Shown here one piece after another: positions 25,962 through 37,999 of a stretch of DNA of 64,000 nt. Position 1 is the first letter of the stretch; every line of letters begins with the position of its first letter. Source of the stretch: Lobosporangium transversale (taxonomy: Eukaryota); assembly GCF_002105155.1 (NCBI RefSeq), contig NW_019028980.1, positions 1,116,001 to 1,180,000 on the forward strand, read 5' to 3'. A program made the position numbers and the translations under genes. The notes below the pieces were generated by a model. The model was not told the DNA's origin. It was given only the letters and a program-made list of their open reading frames with translations, and searched no databases.

Positions 25962-26049
25962 TAATAGTATACAATACATGGCAGCTATAAAGTCAAGGGA
26001 TAATTTGCATCGATTTTATTATCGTGGAGCTTGAGAGTTAGGTAGAAAC

Positions 26050-26185
26050 GCGTGAGGTTGATGTCACGGAAAGAACTGTAGAAGATGGGAAGATCAGAGT
26101 TTAGAATGGCTTGGTTATTTGAAATTACAGTAGTCTTGTGTTACATCATTAATAAAACTGAGACGGACATCTGTTGAGCAATGCT
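26050..26185 (+). repeat. Copy B of diverged direct repeat (decayed NASP C-terminus/3'UTR duplicate)
   Basis: gaagatcagagtttagaatggcttggttatttgaaattacagtag versus gaagatcaaagtttagaatgacttgattattttgaaattacagtag at 21855; has a ~28-nt deletion relative to copy A and keeps AATAAA. Confidence 0.85.
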
Positions 26186-26770
26186 GATGTTGAAGACAAG
26201 TCGTTGTATCTTATGCCATAGCCCACCAGAATGGTCTTTTCAAAAACACATAAGCTTCTACTTTTCCCTTGACACACATTAATATACCCATCATCCAGAT
26301 TAGAAAGGTCATTCTGCCCTGTTTTTATTATTTTTATTTAAGCCATTGTTAATCGGGCATGAGTAATTGTAAGAAAATTATTTTCTTAAAATGTTGGCCA
26401 ACGTTTTTGTAGCCGATAGCGCTTCTGTAGCCGGTCGGCGCTTTCGTAGACAGTTGGCGTTTCCCAAGTCGAGTATTAAGCGCGGGTAGCGAAGCAGTTT
26501 TACTCTAATGAGCATCAAGAGGCATATGACGCTGCCATTCCCCCTAAGGTAAAGGTACCAAGCAAGACAAGCGCGAAGCTTGTCCCGCCAACGAACAGCA
26601 ACCAAGACAGGACTAAAGTAGCTCAAGGCTCAAGGCTCGATCCCTTGACTAGTATTTTTTTCTTATACTGTATCTTCTATGCATTAAAGTCGAAAAGATT
26701 CGTGATTGTGTGTTAAGTAGCTTTTTGGACACGAGGCATTTCACAAAATAAACAAATACCCTTCTAAAAA

Positions 26771-27910
26771 TGACCAGACCTCAATCATGAGTTTCTTCAA
26801 ACGTCGTCCATGGTCTCCACGATACAATAGAGCTCAATGGCAGGTTTCCTCGACCATTGGTTCATGCGTACGAAATAATAGGTCGGACACTTAAAGTCGT
26901 AGAATATTCCTGTGCCTTGTGTTGAGAAACTTAGTTATTTTAATTGAGAAGCATGGTCTGTGCCCTGCGAAATGCTTGAGATTTCATACGCGTTAGTCTT
27001 TTTTTTAGGAATAATGTTGATACATGATGCAATTGATGGTTCCCTATACCCGTTTGTGCATTCCAGAAGAAAAAAAAAAAAAAAAAAAAAAAAAAGAGTC
27101 AGTGGCGCAAAGGCCAAGATCTGTGTACTTCTTTGGGCTTAATTGCTTTGTTTATTCCTTGGACTGTAAAACGGGCAAATTTGTCCATTTAGTTTCCATC
27201 ACTCATGGGCAGGTCAGAAATGAAAAGTGAGGCTGTGGCTTGGAAAATAGTGAGCAACTTAGTTTTTTTATTTTTTGGATTGTTGACCTTTCCCACTTTG
27301 ATTTCAAAATATACACTACCGCTATATTCACACCTTCTTACTTTTCTAACCTTTGCAACAAAAACAAAAAGTCAAAAACTTCAAAAGTAAAGGCAGAACT
27401 CATTGTGGTTAATGACATTTCAAGAGCTGACGTGACGGAGGTCAAGCCCGACTACAAGCTTTACAAAGACCGGGTCCTCAAACTGATTCAAAGCGATTTA
27501 CATTAGTGCACGACCATGATACGATTTGGACTATAAATATGAATGCAGGGTCAGCAACAGGCTCAGGCCTTGACATTGTTTCGGAACCTTCTTCAATCAC
27601 TATTCCTGAAACCATTGGCAACGAGGCCTCTCAGACGGCTCTTGATGATTTTAACCCCCATAAAGGAGATCAGTCCTCTTGGTAAGTGTTAACTAGCTGC
27701 CTCATCAGAGCTAGGATGCTCAACCTCTTATTGACACTCTACTGTTGCTTTCAAGCATTCCGCGGTCACCAAGTTCTAAAAGCCTCAAGCGTTTTACAAA
27801 TGTCTGAAAACTACGATAGTAATCCCAAAGAAAATGACAGTCTGAAAGAAAAAATTAAAGTGATCGAGGCTGATATGCCTGTGGAAACCACTCCGAGAGA
27901 TGAAAAATAG
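26771..27910 (+). pseudogene. Decayed paralogue of the 57-58 kb membrane-protein gene
   Basis: AELIVVNDIS..EVKPDYKL and, after a frameshift, DTIWTINMNAGSATG..IVSEPSSITIPETIG...DDFNP align with AKLFVIDIIS..EIKPGHNL and DEIQTMNLDTELATG..IVSGPSTVNIPETFG...DDFDP; same AAG acceptor position. Outer boundaries are approximate. Confidence 0.65.
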
Positions 27911-28145
27911 AACAAAACAACATAAAAACTTTACATTATGAATCGACCTAAATAATGAGATTAATGAGTTATATTTATGAGAATATGAATAATTGATGCT
28001 GGCTTTGGAAAGTTTTTTTTTTTTTTTTTTTTTTTCACTTTGTCACTTTGAAGGTTGTCCAGTAAATGATGATGAATTAATGTTTTGCGTATTATATGTA
28101 TATTATAATGCCATAGTGTGTGGAGTACATCTTCCCATATTGGAC

Positions 28146-31100
28146 TCAGTGGATCTTACGCATAGGAACGCGAATTCCATTAGCGAGGCGATGGCGATAT
28201 CCCTCAGGCTCTTCTTTAAGCCCAGACTTTTTTGCCGGCTGCTTCTGCTTCTTCTGCTCTTCACTCTCCAGGCCTTCCAGACCTTGCTCATTATCTCTTC
28301 TTTGCTCCCCCACCTCTACTTCACCTAGTTGAAGATGATGCTTTTCTAAATGATATTTGCGCTGGCGGTTTTGGTGATGTCGATGCGATCGTACAAGGTC
28401 CTGGTTATCGTTCAGGTCCCCATATTCACCGGTAGAACCTTGTTCCTCTATCAGCTTACAAGTATCCTCCTCAGTCATTTTCTTTATCATCTGAGGCTCC
28501 TCTTTATCCTGCATTGGATAAGCAGCTTCTTCATCCTTGTGCCGAATACCAACCCGTGACAAGGACGCTTGCCTCTTCCCCTTCATATGGGCAGAATTTC
28601 TATCGCCATCGCGTTCGTAATCAGTTGGTTTTATTTCCCGATCTTGCCCCCGACCCTGGCTCCTATCTTGTCGACCATTTTGCCGCTGTTGCTCCTTCTC
28701 ACGTTGCTTAATATACTGTTGTTGGAGGCGCATTATCAGATCAGCCTTCTCTGCTAAACTATCCGCCACTTCTTCAAGTTGTTTCCGAATTTTCTTTTTC
28801 TGCCGCAATTGTTCCTCCAATACTTCTGAGCGTGATTCAGTTTTTGCAACCAGCTTTGGGTATGATGACAACGATGATGATACCATAACTAGGTCCTTTT
28901 TGCTATCGTTGGTGTTCCGACTGTTGCTACCGCTACCATCACCTGCAATACCATCCTCCATATTGATAGAGGTTTGGCTCAATGTCTTAAGGTCTTTAGA
29001 GAGCTCGAAGTAAGATTTCCGCAAATGCTTCACTTCGTTTTCCAGCTGTCCAAGGACAACACTAAGCTTTTGCTCTGGGGTCTGAAATCCATCTGATCGT
29101 GTCGACTCCTTTTTGGTCCGAATGGACGCAAGGGCCAGCCCTTCTTGCTGTCCCTGCTGTTCTAGTTGACCTCTATGCGGATGTTCTCGCGATCCCGATC
29201 TTTGATAAGTTGGCGAAGGCTCGCCATGCCCACCGTTGGCTGCAATAGAGCGCTGATTATCGTCTGAAATAGATGACAGCGATGCTCCTACCTCTGATTC
29301 TGATCCGATATTGTCAGCATCATCATCCGAGGTGATCGTGTGTTGATTATTGTCGCCATTACTTTTTGCGCGCTTTGAACTTGGGTTTAAGGCTGAGCTT
29401 GATACTACTAGTGTTGGTGGTGCAGTCGGGCGCAATTGTTCCCGTCGGATGGTGGTAGTGGTGGATGGTTTGACGTTCCTGGTATCATGGGCCGATCGCG
29501 CCAATAGAGCTGATCGAGAATGTTGCTGACGCTGATACTGTTGCGAGCGATCATCTTCTTCAAACTGCATCTGTTGATGGTGATGGTGCTTTTCAATCTC
29601 AGTTCCATTACCTCCATTGCAGCACACAGTGCACCGTCTCGGATCGTGAGTCTTGAGCAATGATAGGATCCGCTGTACATCAATCGAGATTTTCTTTTGT
29701 CCCGGGGAAGGATCCTATGTGCACATTAATTTGCAATACAAATGACAAAAATGTTAATAACTGAGAACAATATTGCGAGCCTGATATCCCTCGTAAATAT
29801 AGTTGATTTGCATTACTGTCAATGCAGCGGCTAGCGCTCGAGCACGTTTTCTGCCGGATTTGATGTCGTCTTGCAAACGCCGAGACAAAGACATAGACCT
29901 TGGCTGTTGAAATTTTGAACGCATTCGAATAGCGGGGTATGCACTCCTATCATCATCGTCATTATTTTCATCACCCTTATGCTTAATACAATTAGTATTC
30001 CTACTGTTGTTACTATCTCTGATTCTGACATTCGTTTGGGAGTCAATGTCCAAACCATTGATAGTGTGCGTAAGACGATCGATGGTGTGCTTAGGACGTG
30101 GAGAGCCTAGGTTCTTATCAAGGTGTGATCCCTGTCCAGGCAATGACTGACTCAAAAAAGTACCACCTCTTATAGATGGCATGGGAATATCCAACAAGTA
30201 GTGATGATTCTGACCTGCTGGTTTACGCGAATGAGGTTTGAAAGGTGTGCCGATCTGAAGACGGTGTACTCCTTCTTCGAGGTCTTCTAATGACCGCTGG
30301 CCATGATGGTGACAATCTTCCTGTTGTAGCTGAGACGGAGCCTCTCCGTTTCCATCCAGTTCATTCGTCTTGGACCGCAAAATCGTCGCTGGTATTGACA
30401 TCTCCTTGCCGTCTGGGCCATAATGTACATGGTGATGAATATGAACTTCCTCCACTTTCTCGACGAAACGACGCGATTCTGGATTCATCGACTTGGAGCG
30501 AGCGCCTCTACTCACACTTCTACTTCTGCCTCTCAACGATGATGGCTGTTCCTGTCCTCCGGACAGCTCAAAGGTGTCGAGATGATCATGCTCTCTTAAC
30601 ACCCGATACTTCTTTTCTTTTCTGATTTTGGAAGACGAATCCGATGAGCCTCTTATCATAGATGGTCTCTTGGTAGAAGAAGCTCTATGTGCCTGTGGTG
30701 ACACTTGTAGGTCTCTAGCACCACGACGGTCTGAGCCGCGACCAGGCCTTCGATACACAGAAATCCTTCTGGACTGAGCGTCAACATCAGAAACTTCTTG
30801 TTCACTCTCTTGGTCTTCACTGCTACTACCACTACCATCATCACTGTCTGATTCAGTCTCCTCCTCATTATCATCATCGCTAGAGTTCATCAGGAAGAGG
30901 AGGTCGGCTTCCTCAGCTGCATATCTCCTCTCACATTTTTGTACTTCAGCTCTTTGCAGTTCTAGCGCATCTATCCGCTTTTGAAGAGATTCAAGCTCCT
31001 TTTGAACTTGATCCTTTTCTCGTTGAATTCCAGCAGTTTTTTTAATTTCCTGTTTTTCCGGTCGAGTGACAGTCGTCCCCATCTGGAATGCCTGTCCCTT

Positions 31101-31273
31101 GGCCCGTCTTGATGGAGACGAGGCAACAGCAGTAGCTTTTGAAAGCTTTTCATTTTTCTTCCGTTGGCGCTCCAACTCTTTCAATAGCTTCTTGTTCGCT
31201 TTTGTAATTGACCTCTTTTCACTCTTGAGTTGCCGAATCATAGCTTTAAGAGTTCCGAGGAGAGAGGATACCG

Positions 31274-31304
<31 letters not shown>

Positions 31305-33711
31305 CAGGAATAGCAGAGGGAAAATGATTGCAAAAAGGGTTAAGTTAATAATTCAAGCTTTGCATGACATTATAGCAACTCTCAAGAAAGAAAAAGTTAA
31401 CCAACCTTGTCCTTCACCTAAGGACCCAGCAAGCTCCATAAATCGATTTTCTGCAATATCCAATTTGGATAGGTCCTCTGCTGTAGAAAGCGGCGGAAAC
31501 CCAGGGGAGCTTCGCCACTTCGGCCCATCTTTTGCAATCAGTGTCGAATCCACTGGTATTTTCAGGTGCCGTTGCTGTTGTTGCTGTTGTTGCTGTTGTC
31601 GTTGCCGCGATATAAAATCATACCGTGTAGGTGATACTAGGTCTTCCAATACTAAATCCCGTCCATGATCCAGTCGACTAGCAGTGGTTCGAGGGGTGAC
31701 AATATAGTTGTTGCTGTTGTCCATGGGTGATGTCGGCTTACCAAGAGCTGTTTCTGTTATTGGCTTCAGTGCTACATGCTCAACCACGCGTTTATTGTCT
31801 GTTGATGCTGACATCCCTAATTCTCGCTTCGCACGCGCAATTGCCACCTCTCGCTCAAATGAAAGCTCACCACTATCATACTCAAGACCACCCAAGCGAT
31901 CATCCTTTTTCAACTTGTTATTAATAGTATTGAAATTACTAAGAGTTAGTTGAGGTTGCTTTGGCGCAGATGACAGAATATTCTTAGGGCTATGTGCGGA
32001 GTTCATGTCATTTTTTAGAGGCGCTTTAACAGCTGTTGCGCCTGGCTGTAGCTCTACTGTGTCTTGGTCATACTCCTCCTCCGCACTATCGTCATCATTA
32101 TCATTGCCTTCATTTGGCGAGAAATCTGATGGTGAATATGATGAATGATATAGGTCCCGTCGCTGCCTTTCTGTTGGCAATACAGTTCCATGCTCCATGC
32201 GACTCTCAGGGCTCCCAGTAACGACGGCTGAAGTAAATGTCTTTTGCGGATTTGATATAGGTGGTTGTCTTGCAAAGTCGGCTCTTGTTAAAGGAGAAGA
32301 GCCCTACAAACAAACAAACAATAAAAAAACAATTAATATAAAATAAACAAAATCTGTCTCGACCCATACTGAATAAAGGCTTTACCTGGCCAAAAGAGCT
32401 CAACCTTGGCCGAGACTTCCGCTCCAGTATAGATTCATCCGTATTATCATCTATAGTGGCACTATTAGCACATATACGTGATGTCAATGCTGCTTCTGCT
32501 GCTGCTCCTGCTCCTTCTACTACGTTAACTGCTGATTCTTCTATACGCTGCTTATATTGCTGCTGTGGCTGTAATCGTTGCCGTGAGTCGGAATTGCTGT
32601 TCTGGGATCGTCGTAATTCTGACAATTGATCTCTTAGCTCTTGACTGTCGAGAATATCACGAATAGTTAGACATTCACCCTCCTTTCTTTTATTGTCATT
32701 ACCCATGTTAGCAATTACCCCAACGCCATTGCTACTGTTGCTGTGTAGTATTTGTGCTCGATTGGTGGATTGGTTGTGATTTATCATCATTCCTTCCTTT
32801 TTGCTATCGACATGCGACAATCGGGAAGATGGGGAGACTGTTCCTGCATGATTGTGATCTAGCTCTCGACCTTGGTGTCTATCATTATCAATACCTCTGT
32901 TTTCCTCCTCCGCTGGTGTTAGTCGCCTCTTGATCCGATGATAGTGGTGCTGTCTCACAGTTGCCTGAAGGTCCTGATTGAAGCCATCATCGCGCCGAAA
33001 ATAAGGTGACATAGGGTCCCGTGCTTTGCGATAGTAACGGTTATCATCTATGTCCCTATCTGTATCCCCATCTGTATCTCTGCCTCTTTCTCTATTCTCT
33101 CTTTCTAGATCCTTGTCCGGGGCAGCCCTTAGATTTCCTGTTTTTGTAGCTTTCGGGGTAATTGTTGTGTCATTGGCTATGCGCACAGTCTCACTACCGC
33201 CACGGTTGAAGGTAAAGGCGCTGCTATTATTCTGGGAAGTCTCTGGAACTGGTACAATTGTGGTTGATTTTTGTGGAAAACTTTGATAGTGGTGATTCCT
33301 CTGTGGTTTAGAAGAAACTGACGCTGACGCCAAGCCAGATGTCTGAATGCCCTTCATATAGTCGGTATCAGCTTTATTGCTGCTGCTGTTGCTGTTGCTG
33401 CTACCACTTTGCTGAGATGTCAGGTGAGAAGGATTCCTGAAGCCGGAAGCTGTGTCTATTATTCTAGTTGTACCAAGTGTGTCCGTGCCTGCTGCAGGAA
33501 TGTGTAACTTGGAAGAGATCTTTCGTTTCAATCGCTCTTGACCAGGACGGTCCTTCTGTGACATGCTGGTGTACGTCTGCACAGGCTCATGAGCTACTGC
33601 TGCTGCTGGTCCGTGTCCCTGTCCAAATGTATGAGTGCGCCTGTGTTCATCCTCTAGGTGATGGTTATGCTCAGAACGTGCTATGCCCCTTGTGCCTTGA
33701 GCAGGCGGCAT
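28146..33711 (-). CDS. Large low-complexity coiled-coil protein with Cep57/Ppc89-like C-terminal microtubule-binding region; exons 33711-32386, 32303-31406, 31273-29817, 29714-28146
   Basis: Four long ORFs join in frame; HDPRRCTVC motif followed by LSVVLGQLENEVKHLRKSYFEL...LAEKADLIMRL resembles Cep57_MT_bd of fungal spindle-pole-body proteins. Confidence 0.65.
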
Positions 33712-33968
33712 TTAGAGTGATCGTAATACGTTAAAATGGGAAAATAGATGCAAAACCTTTCGGATGATGAAATGTAGGGACGTGAAAGATGAGGAGAGAT
33801 GGCTTGAACGTATTGAAGAATTGGAGAGGAAGGGACAAGCAGGCAGCAAGATAAACCATTCAGTGGCCACAAGTAGATTCAAGGAGACCAGGAGTACAAT
33901 CAAAATTATATCAAATTGGAAGGACGAAGTGCTCTTTATTGAATGTAATTATCTACAGGGCTTTCTTT

Positions 33969-36900
33969 CTACACATTTTCCTCCTCTTCGTCCCCCTCAC
34001 CTTGTGCTGCCATCGCCTCCTCTACCTCCTTCATTTCTTGCACCATGATCTTAGACCGTGCTAAAGCACGCATCGCCTCCGGCACCATACCCAATCGCTT
34101 CAATTCGACCGCAAGCTTTTTATCTTTGACAATCCGCTCATTGACCTTTTGGCAATATGCCTCCATGGTTAGTTGACCCATCTGGACCTGAAGTACAAGC
34201 AGCTTCAGTTTGATTTCCAGCTGCGTCAACCGATCCTGATACTCCTCCGCTGCCTCATTCTTGCCCGCCGCCTTAGCATCATGCACCATCTGTTGTGCTA
34301 TCTGAACCTCACTCTCTAGAACCATGTTGGATACAATCAGATCGACACTATGTAGAATGGTATACAACGAATCAATCAAATGTGCATATTTTCGTGGAAT
34401 GAAGTAGCATCATAGAAGGAGGAAAAAAAAAAAAAACCTTGCTAATTACCTGTTGAATTCATTGAGTGCTTTCTCAGCTTCGGTATCCTCTAAATCGTCA
34501 CCAGTAGCGGCTGGAGCAGAAGGGCCAACGGGTGTAGTTTTGACTGGCTCTAATGCTTGGGCAACAGGCGTTGTAGTTTTCGATGGTGGAGCTGCAGGTT
34601 TGCTACTACGAGCGGCCGAAGCGCCTGTCACCGCTGCCGCAGTCTGCTTTGGTGCCTCTGGCGCTGAAGTCGGAGACGCACCAGAAGTTGCCCGACTTAC
34701 TGGTGTAGTTGAAGCCACTGCAGCCTTATTAGACCTACCAACAGCAGCTCCTGCTCTTCCTCCACCAGCACTTGTATTAGTGGCAGGACGGCTTTGGGAT
34801 GTTGCCGTGATTGGCGAGGGGAATCCTAGTCCACCAGAGTTGAACTCATCAATAACCAGCCATTTTTCTTCCTTGGTCACAATCTCAGGCTTAAGTAATG
34901 GACGCTGCAGTTGGATCTTGATCTCAATCTTTCCCCCGGTGGCGCGTCGTGTCGTAGGGTCCAGAAGCTGGCACATTATCAAGTCAATACAAAAAAAAAA
35001 AAAAAAAAAAAAAAAGTCGTCTAAAAATAAGATTTACTATGACAAACATCTTCAGCATTTTTGCCCCAATAGTTGATAAGCATTAACTCACCGGAACAAT
35101 TTCATGAATCTCAGAGTGGTTCATGAGTGGCTGGAGCGAAACTTGAGCACGCCCAAGCAAGTAGCCCTTCCAAAGGATACCCCGATAATGCCACACTTCA
35201 AAAGTCGCCTTCCTGCGCTCAACAAATCTATGGAACGCTCTCGTACGCTCTATTCCCAAAATCTTCGAGTAATTGTAATCCGGCTTATTTGTTCGTTTCA
35301 CTGTAGGGGTTGTGCCTTTACCTGCCCCTGAGCCTGCCATATTCTCAGTAGGCCATCCTAAATCCCATGATACATACGACTCAATCTCTGTAGGTTGAAC
35401 GTCCTTATGGCTCAAATCCCAGGCTCGTACAATGCTAAGAGATAATTCATTGAGTCCAATTTCCTGATAAAACCCGACTTCGACTTCAAAACGGACGTCC
35501 TGAAAATGAAACGCTGGTGCCTTTCTGCCATGCTGTCGATATGATTGTAATGAAGCAAGATCTGTTTTAAAGATCTTATTGAGTTTGTGGAATTCTAGTG
35601 CTGTTTGCTTATCCCCCGTCTGATAGTAATAGGCGCATGTGGTAGTACACATTTTGATTTGAGACTCCAGTTGTGACTGTAACATATCATACGTATCGTC
35701 GTCCGAATTGGATACAATCTGAAAGTCATCGTCTGCTGCCAATTGTTTGAATTTAATCCCACCAAGTGTTCCACGAGCTGTTGATCCGCCCCTGACATCG
35801 TCAGCAGAGGCTTCTGCAATGCTACTGGTAACATGAGTTGTAGCTTCAGATGCAGATGATGCAATAGGTGGTGAAAAGGCCCTGCCTTCTGCGCCGGATT
35901 GAATTCGTGTTGAAGTGGATGAGCTGGCCGCTATTGGTGCTGCGCCGGTACCCTTGCTTGTCTTAGCAGAGGTTGTTGTGGGCGCTGTGGCCAAAATTGT
36001 TGGCGGTTCATCTGGGATAGGATAGAGCTCCAAGTCGAGGAAGCCTCCGGCCTCGAGCACTGCAATCCATTTTTGGATCTTCTTGAATGTCATGACCCTT
36101 TCTGCAGCAAGTGTCATATCGCCTGCTCGTTTGGCCTCGAGTGCTGCTCGTTTATATTGTACATCCCGAGCCTTTAGCAGTTGTAAGAGCTCCTTGTCAT
36201 TCTTTTGCGGGATGGGCTCGAGACGCTTAGATGTTTTTGATAAAGTGGGAGATGCTTTTTGAGGACCCTCGGCAATCATAACTCCCACCTGTGGTGGTTG
36301 TGACTGTTCGCTCATGTCAGTGTCTCCATCCAGACTTCCATCTATAAACGCCTGGTCTTTTGGCGCAATGGCGATCATGGAGGAGCTTGCTGATTTTGGC
36401 TTATGGTTTTCAATAGAGTTATTTCCTATTTTCGATGACAATGAGCTGAGGTTTGTTGGGGGATTTAAAGCTGTCGTCGTAGAAATTGTTGCACTATCCA
36501 TGCCAGCTTGTGCTTGAGAAGACGTATTTTCATCTTGTTTGATTATCGGCTTTGCTTCGGTCGCTCCTGCTTGATCCTGTCCACTATGGTCGATATGGCC
36601 ACCAAATGTCTGCAATTGAGCCTGAAAAAATATTGGTAACTCAGATTAATAACAGGAGCAAGTCTAATGCTCGAACGAGAGAAATTAAATAATAAAAAGC
36701 CTCACCAAAAGATGTGGATCTTTCCAATCGTCTTCCGTCAGTTCAACATCATCATCATCGTCCTCCATGATACCCTGAAGATCCACGCCTAGTCCAGCCA
36801 ATGGAGGCGGAGTAGGTGAAGCGGCAGATTTGTCAGTAGTAGCAGAGACTTTTGTTGATAAAGGGTTTGAAGCAGATACTGGTTTTGTTGACGCTTGTGT

Positions 36901-37335
36901 GAGCGTTGCTGCAGGTGTAGACGTTTTGGCAGAAGACTGCCTTGGTGTTGGCGCAGGTATTGGTTTTGATATTGAAGTTTCGCCCGTCAATCCCTGTAGT
37001 TCTGCCTACTTGTTTGATAGTTTTAATAGAGAATGAAATGGTCGTGGTAGCTTCCAAAGTTAGAAACAATGCTGATTTAACACTTTAAAGCATAGTTGTA
37101 GTTCATATCAACCGATAAACAACATAAGTTGTAGCCGTACTAGGAGTTCTGGGTCATTTAAATCGGCATCACCGAGGTCATCGTCGCCAATGTCGCCAAT
37201 GTCACCCATGTCATCATCCCCATCAACATCTTGAGCGAGCCGCATTCCTTGGGCAATAAGATCACTGTAATCATTTGTGCCCTGCTGTGTTTGGCGCTGC
37301 TTGGACGGTGGATTCTGCTTCTTCCAGCTGAACAT
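33969..37335 (-). CDS. CC2D1A/B (Lgd)-like DM14 + C2 domain protein; exons 37335-37141, 37005-36706, 36621-35092, 34967-34450, 34347-33969
   Basis: DM14-like LKARDVQYKRAALEAKRAGD, LQSQLESQIKMC coil, C2 domain (LSLSIVRAWDL...TFEVWHYRGIL...TGGKIEIKIQLQRPL), C-terminal SNMVLESE helical domain. Confidence 0.82.
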
Positions 37336-37999
37336 GTTGGTTGCTCTATATAATTATTCTTTTGTTGAGTTTGTCTGCAATAAAATGTTTGAATGAAAAT
37401 GAAGACTCCTTTCCAATACGTCACGCGCGCAAGTAAATCTCGCTCCCGCCTAGAAAAACTGGTAGTGTTTGGAATAGCTTATCGATATTTTCGTACAACC
37501 CAATCAATCATTTTTTGGAAACTTCCAGTGCATTCCTCTCAGCAAGAGCCTTAGAAAGATTGTAGAATTAAAGAATCTTCAAATGATTATCTCGAACTAG
37601 GTTTGGAGATGGCTGTGCAACCATTCAGGTGTTCGAATTAATGCTCTCGCGTAAGAAATGTTATAGTTAACTTTCGTCTAAAAGTGTTGCATCTGAAGAC
37701 ATAGACAAAGGTTCCGAAGTATAATTTTTTGCTACTGTAGGTGTTTATTAGACGCGCTTTAAAGAGGCTTCTTGATAAAAATACAATATAGTCAAGCATC
37801 CCTAAATAGGTTATTTGAATACTTGTCAAGATTTGACAATTCTGAATCACTTTTCTTAAGACTTGTCAAAACTTTAGCTAAAACGATGTCCATTAATGCA
37901 GAAAAAATCATTCATTATCTACTTTTTTATCATGTATACATTTGCTAACTTTATCTAAATGTTTTGAATGCCTTTGGCTGCGCTTCGCCTTTTAATGTA

